NCBI GenBank assembly: GCA_049510745.1
Contig: JBEKYR010000004.1
Coordinates: 128,001 to 192,000, forward strand
Direction of reading: 5' to 3'
Origin: Verrucomicrobiota bacterium
GTDB taxonomy: Bacteria; Verrucomicrobiota; Verrucomicrobiia; Limisphaerales; Palsa-1400
DNA length: 64,000 nucleotides
Shown here: positions 58,213 through 64,000 of the stretch, in pieces
How positions within the stretch are numbered: the stretch's first letter is position 1
Layout: each line of letters begins with the position of its first letter
The notes under the pieces: generated by a model
Databases searched by the model: none
Told to the model about the DNA's origin: nothing
Seen by the model: only the letters and a program-made list of their open reading frames with translations
Translations under genes and position numbers: made by a program

Positions 58213-59082
58213 TCAGTTTGCCGCTGCCTTCTCCAAAACCGTTGAAGCGGGAACCATCAGCTTCTCGAACCCGAGCTCCTCGGGCGCCAGCCCCAGACCA
58301 AGCCCAACCAGTTGGGTGATGTACACGATGGGCAAGTGATAGTTCTTACCGGTCTGTTTGTTGATATCCTGTTGGCGCAAATCCAGGTTGACCTGGCACA
58401 TCGGGCAACTGACCGCGATGCAGTCGGCGCCCGCCTGGCAGGCCATGTCGAGAATCGAATCCGTGAGCTGGACCACCACATCCGTTCGTGAAAGCGACAA
58501 CCCGCCGCCGCAACATTCGACCTTGCACGGCCAGTCCAGGCTTTGGCCGCCCATCGCTTTTACCAGGCGGTCCAGCGAGGTCGGATTTTCCGGGTCGTCG
58601 AATTTCAAAATCCTGGGTGGCCGGACCAGCAGGCACCCGTAGTAACAAGCCACCTTGAGGTTCTTGAGCGGCTTCTTAATGGCGCGGGAGATGGCCTTCA
58701 GGCCCACGTCGTCCAGGAGCACTTCGAGGAAATGCCGCACGTGAACCGAGCCGTCGTAATCGCGCTCCAGCGCCTGGCTGACCTGCTCGCGCATGCCGCG
58801 ATGGGCGGTGATTTCGTGGTTGGCCACTTTCATGCGGCTGAAGCAGGCGGCGCAACTGACTACCATGTCCAGTTTGAGGTCCTGGACTTTGGCCAGATTG
58901 GCAGCGGGGAGCGAGACAGCCAGGAAGGGATCGGTCTGGTGGCCGGCGGTCGCGCCACAACAGGTCCAGCCTTCGGGTTCAACCAGTTCAATGCCCAGCG
59001 CGCGCGCCACCGCCAAGGTGGATTGGTACATGTCCCGGGCGGTGGATTCAGCCGAGCACCCTGGAAAATACGCGTACCTCAT
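58213..59082 (-). CDS. hdrB: Heterodisulfide reductase subunit B-like
   Basis: YFPGC, WTCCG, YYGCLL, ECCGG, CPMC (two CCG domains). Confidence 0.93.
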   Translation of the reverse strand: MRYAYFPGCSAESTARDMYQSTLAVARALGIELVEPEGWTCCGATAGHQTDPFLAVSLPAANLAKVQDLKLDMVVSCAACFSRMKVANHEITAHRGMREQVSQALERDYDGSVHVRHFLEVLLDDVGLKAISRAIKKPLKNLKVACYYGCLLVRPPRILKFDDPENPTSLDRLVKAMGGQSLDWPCKVECCGGGLSLSRTDVVVQLTDSILDMACQAGADCIAVSCPMCQVNLDLRQQDINKQTGKNYHLPIVYITQLVGLGLGLAPEELGFEKLMVPASTVLEKAAAN

Positions 59083-59645
59083 GCTTGGGGTCCTTTATTC
59101 TGTCTGGAGCGCTTGAAGATGCGACCCACGGTTTTCCGGTCGCCACCCCGGGAAGGCAGCAAAGAAATCTTCCGTTTCTTGAGCATGGCTGGAAACTTCT
59201 CCACATCGTTCCTCCATTTCCCCGTGCCCAGTTTGTAGGCGACGACCATCCCCATCTCATAGCTGCGGCCAAACATTTCGACCGTCTTCAGAAAAGCCCG
59301 GTTAAACAGCGGCACATTGCCGGCTGGCCTGGATGCGCCGCGTTGAAGGGCCAGCAGGCGCAAGGCGTCAATGACCGCGGCGACATCAATCCCCATCGGA
59401 CAGCGCGCCGAACAGATCTCGCACGAGGCGCAGGTCCAGATGAGATCGCTCTCCAAGAGCTCATTGCCGGCGCCCAGATGCAGTTGGCGCATCAGTTCCG
59501 ACGGCCGCGACTTGGTCAGCTTGGCCACCGAACAACCACTGGAGCATTTCTTGCACTGGAAGCAGACGCTCAGATCGACGCCGCAGATTTGTTCCACCGC
59601 GTCTTTCAAGCCGGATCCGGTTTTCTTTTTGATGATGGTCATCAC
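59079..59645 (-). CDS. hdrC: Heterodisulfide reductase subunit C-like
   Basis: CFQCKKCSSGC and WTCASCEICSARCP. Confidence 0.93.
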   Translation of the reverse strand: MMTIIKKKTGSGLKDAVEQICGVDLSVCFQCKKCSSGCSVAKLTKSRPSELMRQLHLGAGNELLESDLIWTCASCEICSARCPMGIDVAAVIDALRLLALQRGASRPAGNVPLFNRAFLKTVEMFGRSYEMGMVVAYKLGTGKWRNDVEKFPAMLKKRKISLLPSRGGDRKTVGRIFKRSRQNKGPQA

Positions 59646-59659
59646 GGGAGGTTCTCCGG

Positions 59660-62290
59660 TTACTTGGCGGCCACCTCTTCGAGGCCCGCTTCGGCATCGT
59701 CGGTATTCTGCTCAACCAGGGCAGTCACGCTGGCGGGAACGACCTTGCGATACACGGCGGCGGGTTCGCGCCTCCGTCCGTTTTCGGTCAAGAGGTGCTC
59801 GATGGTGATTCCGAACAGCCGCTGATTCTCCTCGAGCAGCGGCAGGATCAATTCCCAGTCGGCATTGGTCAATCGGGCAAACTTGCCGCCGTTTAACTGC
59901 TGCTCGACCAACGTTCGGTTCGGATCGCGGACGAAAATGGCGCCGCCGGAAGCCAGGGAGAATAGATTGCTGCCGGGATAAGGCTCCGGCAGCGGAACCA
60001 ATTGGCCGTCGTCATCGAACTTGACGCCATTCAAGATCACGAACCCGCCGCCGTTATGAGGGTCGCCCGCCATGAAAGACTCTGCCAGGTAATCCAGGCA
60101 CGTGCCATTGATGATGACTTTGGGCCGGCCGACGGAGTTGATGAGCGGACGGCCGGCGGCGTTGCCGAGCACATAGACAGAGCCGCCTTTGGCGCCATAC
60201 ATAAAGGTTTGGCCCACGTCGCCGTGAATGACCAGCTTGCCTTCCTTGATAATCTGGCCCAACTGGTCCTGCGCGTTTCCATGCACCGTAATCGTCAGCC
60301 CATCGATGCCGGAGGCCAAGTAGTCTCCACTGCTGCCATACACATCGATGGTCACCTCCTCCGTATTAGGCCCCAGCCCGCACCCGAGAAATCGCTGGCC
60401 GATACAATTGAAGCTGATGAAGTGCCGCCACCCCATCATGTAGGCCTCCACGAGCAGGGCCGCGTCACAATGGTCGCCTTCCGGTGGAAAATGCGCGGTG
60501 TCGATCACCAGCGTGGTTTCGTTCTCCTGCGGTTTGCGCAGGTGCTGGCGGGACTCGAAATCGATGAGGCGAAATGCGCTCTTGCCGGCGTCTCTTGAGC
60601 CGATGTTGGGAAGATGGCTGAACAACTGGTTCCACTCGTTATGAATAATGTGGAGCAGATGGCTGCGCTTTTTGGCGCCGGTTGAGTAAATCCGGTCGTT
60701 GAGCAGGGTGAAAACCTCAATCGCAGTGGCGGTTTTGGACGGATCTTTCGCCTGCTGCGTGATCTGACGGCACGCCAGGCGAAACTCATCAAAGGTCCAT
60801 TGCGGCAGACGCCCGCGCATCGTCTCAAAAATCTCCACGCTGTCGAGCTTGTCGAAGGACGCTGGCGCTCCCGGCGGCGGCAATTCCCGCGAAAAATCGC
60901 ACGATTCCGTTCCTCTGGGCATGGGGACCGGTTTGCCGAATTTGTCGGTGCATGTGATCCGCATCTTGCCGGCGGCATCCTTTTGCAAATTGAAAATAAA
61001 GGCCCCGCCATCGTTGTGACTGCCGCCGCGCGCGTTCCAGTACCGGTCCGCCACCGGGCAAATCCGTTCGTCGTCCTTCGACAAGCTTAACAGCGTGGCA
61101 TCGATCGCTTGTTTTTCCGAACAAATCAGGCCCACCTGCACCTTGCCGTCGCAGAAAGCAAACACCTGCGGCCGAAGCATGGCGGTGTCGGTGATGCCCA
61201 TCAACTGGAACTGCTTTTCCCGGGCGAGCGTGCGGGCGATGATGAAGAACCAGGGACCATCGGGCGACCCGTGCATATGCGTGGCCTGGATCGCCCGGTA
61301 GATCTTTCTTTTCTCCGGATCGAGACGGTCAAAGTCCAGTTCCGTCGTGGGCGCCAGCGCCTCGATGATATATTCCAGCGGATAGTGGTAGGTCCGGCTC
61401 AGCAAATCGAAGAGCAGGGCCGAGACTTCCGTGTCGGTGAGGAACTGGGGATAGATCTGACGCTGCTTGAGGTACTCGCTGACGGAATGGTAATTGGCAA
61501 AGTCGCCGTTATGCACCAGGGCCATGTCAATGGCCGCAAACGGATGGGCGCCGCCCGGGTGCCAGACACGGCCCTTGGTCGGGAAACGTTGGTGGGCAAT
61601 CCATTCGTACGCGCACAGGTCCTCAATCTGGTAGTACTTGACGATCGCTTCGGCGAACCCGACGACCTTGAGGATCATGATGTCCCGCCCATGCGAGAGC
61701 ACGAAGGCCCGTTTCTCCCCGAGCGACGCGTAGTATTTCTGATTCAGGCTGAAGCTGTTCTGGTTGACAAACTCGGCTTCCGCTTCCTCGCGGCCCAGCG
61801 CCTGCAGATGGTTGCGGGCGATGAACGCGTCCAACACCTTCGGTTTTGCGCGCACAAAATAGCGGCTGACCGCCGGTGGCATCACCTCCAGCCCCGGCAC
61901 GGACTTCCAGTCTTGGAGCTGGTCGAGTTGGCCGGTCGCGGCGATGTCGAAGTGCGGGGTGATGAACTGCGCCTCGATTTCGGGCCGCACCTTGGGGTCG
62001 ATGAACGCCAGGTGCAGCAGGTAATGGCTATCAAGGACTTCGCGGCTGACCCCAAGCTGCTCGGGGACCAACCCCACCGCGGCGATGCCGCCTCCCTTTC
62101 CATTGCCCCGGTTGTGCATCTGGCGGGACGGTTCATAGATATGCTTGCCCGGCACAGGCTCGCTGCAACAGAAACCCACGACCCCGCAGCCCCCTTCCTC
62201 GGCTTCCTTCTTCAGGCTCGAGGCGTGGTTGAGAGACTGGGCCAGCCGTCTTCTGGAATCGGTCAGGCGCTTTATCAATTGACCGTTCAT
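59660..62290 (-). CDS. Glutamate synthase amidotransferase + GXGXG domain fusion (GltB1/GltB3-like)
   Basis: EGGCGVVG N-terminal nucleophile, HQRFPT, AHPF, HNGD, TDTE, DGP, LRP; C-terminal beta-helix G-repeats (LAESFMAG). ATG 62290. Confidence 0.88.
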   Translation of the reverse strand: MNGQLIKRLTDSRRRLAQSLNHASSLKKEAEEGGCGVVGFCCSEPVPGKHIYEPSRQMHNRGNGKGGGIAAVGLVPEQLGVSREVLDSHYLLHLAFIDPKVRPEIEAQFITPHFDIAATGQLDQLQDWKSVPGLEVMPPAVSRYFVRAKPKVLDAFIARNHLQALGREEAEAEFVNQNSFSLNQKYYASLGEKRAFVLSHGRDIMILKVVGFAEAIVKYYQIEDLCAYEWIAHQRFPTKGRVWHPGGAHPFAAIDMALVHNGDFANYHSVSEYLKQRQIYPQFLTDTEVSALLFDLLSRTYHYPLEYIIEALAPTTELDFDRLDPEKRKIYRAIQATHMHGSPDGPWFFIIARTLAREKQFQLMGITDTAMLRPQVFAFCDGKVQVGLICSEKQAIDATLLSLSKDDERICPVADRYWNARGGSHNDGGAFIFNLQKDAAGKMRITCTDKFGKPVPMPRGTESCDFSRELPPPGAPASFDKLDSVEIFETMRGRLPQWTFDEFRLACRQITQQAKDPSKTATAIEVFTLLNDRIYSTGAKKRSHLLHIIHNEWNQLFSHLPNIGSRDAGKSAFRLIDFESRQHLRKPQENETTLVIDTAHFPPEGDHCDAALLVEAYMMGWRHFISFNCIGQRFLGCGLGPNTEEVTIDVYGSSGDYLASGIDGLTITVHGNAQDQLGQIIKEGKLVIHGDVGQTFMYGAKGGSVYVLGNAAGRPLINSVGRPKVIINGTCLDYLAESFMAGDPHNGGGFVILNGVKFDDDGQLVPLPEPYPGSNLFSLASGGAIFVRDPNRTLVEQQLNGGKFARLTNADWELILPLLEENQRLFGITIEHLLTENGRRREPAAVYRKVVPASVTALVEQNTDDAEAGLEEVAAK

Positions 62291-63855
62291 GAGGTTTTCG
62301 CCGCGTCGTTGGTGTAATCCAGGTGCATCATCAGGTCGGTGCGTCCGCGCAACTCGCTCACGCTGCGCAGGCCGAGGCGTTGCAGAATCGAGACGAGCAC
62401 GTTGCGCCAGGCGCTGTAAAGGTTGACCAGCCGCTGCGTGCCCCAATCGATCTGCATCTTCTCGGAAAGCTCGGGGTCGGTCGTGGCAATGCCGCGCGGA
62501 CAACCGCGTCCGCTCTCACATCGGCCGCACCGCACACAACCCAGCGCCACCAATTCCGCCGTGCCGATGACCGCTCCATCGGCGCCCAGGGCGATGGCCT
62601 TGGCCACATCGTAGGCCGAGCGAATGCCGCCGCTGGCAATCAGGACCACCTTGTCCCGGACCCCTTCATCGGCCAGAAAACGGTGGACCTTGCCAATGGC
62701 GTATTCGATGGGCATGGCGATGTTCTTCTTGGCGATGTCCGGCGCCGCGCCGGTCCCGCCGTAGCCGCCGTCAATGTGGACGATGTGAGTGCCCGCGGAG
62801 TAACTGCCCACCGCGACCATATCCACGTCCGTCGGGGTGGAGACCTTCGTCGAGATCAAGGCGCGCCGGTTCACGTGCTTGACCCAGTCGATGTGCTTCA
62901 TGTGGTCTTCGATGGAATAGACGCTGTGGAAGGGGAACGGGGAAAAGAGCGAGAAACCCACCACCGCCTCCCGCATCCGGGCCACACTGAGCGTCACCTT
63001 GTCGCCCAACAGGTGCCCGCCCAATCCTGGCTTGGCGCCCTGGGCGTACTTGAACTCCACAATCGGCACACGCTGGATGGTCTCTTCGCGCACGCCGAAC
63101 AGGCCCGTCGCCACCTGCGTAATGACATGGTCGTCATAGGGCCGCATCCGCTCCATGTAGCCGCCTTCGCCCGTGCAGGTGAAGGTATTGAACGCGACCG
63201 CCGCCCGCGCTTTGGACAACTGGGTGACATTGCTCACTGACCCGAAGGACATGCCGCCGCCATACCAAGGCACATCAATCGTGAGCTTGGGCCGGCCATC
63301 GTCGCGCTTATTGAGCAGGAGGCGGGTGTCGATTTGCTCCGGGCGCAGGGCTACAGGCGGTCGAGCGGGGAATTTGAAGCGGAGCCGGTCGAACCCTCCG
63401 CCGGAACGGCCGCACTCATAATCGTAGTCGTAGTCTGCCGGCGGCACGTCGCCGGTTTCCGCCATCCTCCAGGTCGCCAGGATCAGATCGCTCGACCAGC
63501 GACTATCGCCCAGGGCCTGGCACATCGGATTCTCCCGCACCTGCAGCGCTCCCTGGGGGCAAAGCGACACGCAATAGCGCCCGGTCTTCTCACAGGCCGG
63601 TCCGATGCACAAGTGATGGAGCGGCTCGCCGAAGTATTTGTAGCCGGGGTTGCGCACGTGGACCTGGAAGGAACAAACCTCCGCGCACTTCCCGCAACGC
63701 CGGCAATCCTGGCTGCGATGGACAATGTACTTGGCGATCTCATTGCGGTAGCGCGACGGCGCCGGGCGGGTCACTCGCTCGACTCGTTCCTGCGGTACGC
63801 GGGTCTTGAGCGTGTTCTCGGGCAGCAAGTCTTCAATGCTTCTTTCTGGTGCCAT
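62287..63855 (-). CDS. Glutamate synthase FMN-binding subunit (GltB2-like) with N-terminal ferredoxin
   Basis: CRRCGKCAEVC, MSFGS, TGEGG, QGAKPGLGGHL, DGGYGGTGAAP, SGGIR, CVRCGRCESGRGCP. ATG 63855. Confidence 0.92.
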   Translation of the reverse strand: MAPERSIEDLLPENTLKTRVPQERVERVTRPAPSRYRNEIAKYIVHRSQDCRRCGKCAEVCSFQVHVRNPGYKYFGEPLHHLCIGPACEKTGRYCVSLCPQGALQVRENPMCQALGDSRWSSDLILATWRMAETGDVPPADYDYDYECGRSGGGFDRLRFKFPARPPVALRPEQIDTRLLLNKRDDGRPKLTIDVPWYGGGMSFGSVSNVTQLSKARAAVAFNTFTCTGEGGYMERMRPYDDHVITQVATGLFGVREETIQRVPIVEFKYAQGAKPGLGGHLLGDKVTLSVARMREAVVGFSLFSPFPFHSVYSIEDHMKHIDWVKHVNRRALISTKVSTPTDVDMVAVGSYSAGTHIVHIDGGYGGTGAAPDIAKKNIAMPIEYAIGKVHRFLADEGVRDKVVLIASGGIRSAYDVAKAIALGADGAVIGTAELVALGCVRCGRCESGRGCPRGIATTDPELSEKMQIDWGTQRLVNLYSAWRNVLVSILQRLGLRSVSELRGRTDLMMHLDYTNDAAKTS

Positions 63856-64000
63856 AAAGCTTTCCGAACGTTTCCTCCTCAAGTTGCTCGAAGAACATGG
63901 CGCGGCCGACATCGCCGCGCAGCCGGCGCGCCTCGCGCATGCCCATGGCCCCCATCACCTCGATCAACTGGTCGTGCCAGGCGGCGATGAGATTCGTCAT
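63833..64000 (-). CDS. C-terminus of a second glutamate synthase-related (GltB2-like) protein (partial)
   Basis: My translation NLIAAWHDQLIEVMGAMGMREARRLRGDVGRAMFFEQLEEETFGKLYGTRKKH* parallels the neighbour's NLYSAWRNVLVSILQRLGLRSVSELRG. Confidence 0.7.
   Translation of the reverse strand: MTNLIAAWHDQLIEVMGAMGMREARRLRGDVGRAMFFEQLEEETFGKLYGTRKKH

Noticed and set aside
52600..59645. Methanogenesis or Wood-Ljungdahl pathway inferred from hdr/mvhD/metV
   Set aside because: No mcr, acs/cdh, metF or hydrogenase catalytic subunit in the window; Hdr modules are widespread in anaerobic bacteria.

Overview
GC-rich bacterial window, probably from Verrucomicrobiota subdivision 3 (Pedosphaera-like). This is inferred from Thr/Asn-rich secreted proteins and a shared C-terminal tail, and is not verified. 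There are four blocks. (1) 1-1.8 kb: a partial Asn-synthetase-like gene converging on a TIGR01210/RaSEA-like radical SAM gene. (2) 1.9-28 kb: a periplasmic/outer-membrane redox locus. It holds a LytS/LytTR pair, an AlgE-type porin, a membrane-anchored pentaheme-TPR protein, four ASPIC/UnbV FG-GAP proteins, and a 9-gene minus-strand operon. That operon encodes hydrazine-synthase-alpha-like and beta/gamma-like proteins, a lone sensor propeller, a Rid/Hyg5-like protein, two orphan solute-binding proteins, a DUF3365-like heme lipoprotein and a DUF2231-like membrane protein. Matching 21-bp-spaced LytTR-type boxes precede both main operons. This is the best candidate for an undescribed system. (3) 28-52.6 kb: a glycan-utilisation region (LamG/Ig protein, CE1-CBM6 esterase, GH29, GH2, GH20, GH43, MBOAT/SGNH, FGE-domain lipoprotein) with a recurring palindromic operator and several deletion scars or gene fragments. 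(4) 52.6-64 kb: an anaerobic operon joining split archaeal-type glutamate synthase subunits to hdrC-hdrB-hdrA(L)-mvhD-metV, with no metF after metV. I recognised no rRNA, tRNA, CRISPR array or transposase. All family calls come from motif recognition, not database searches.
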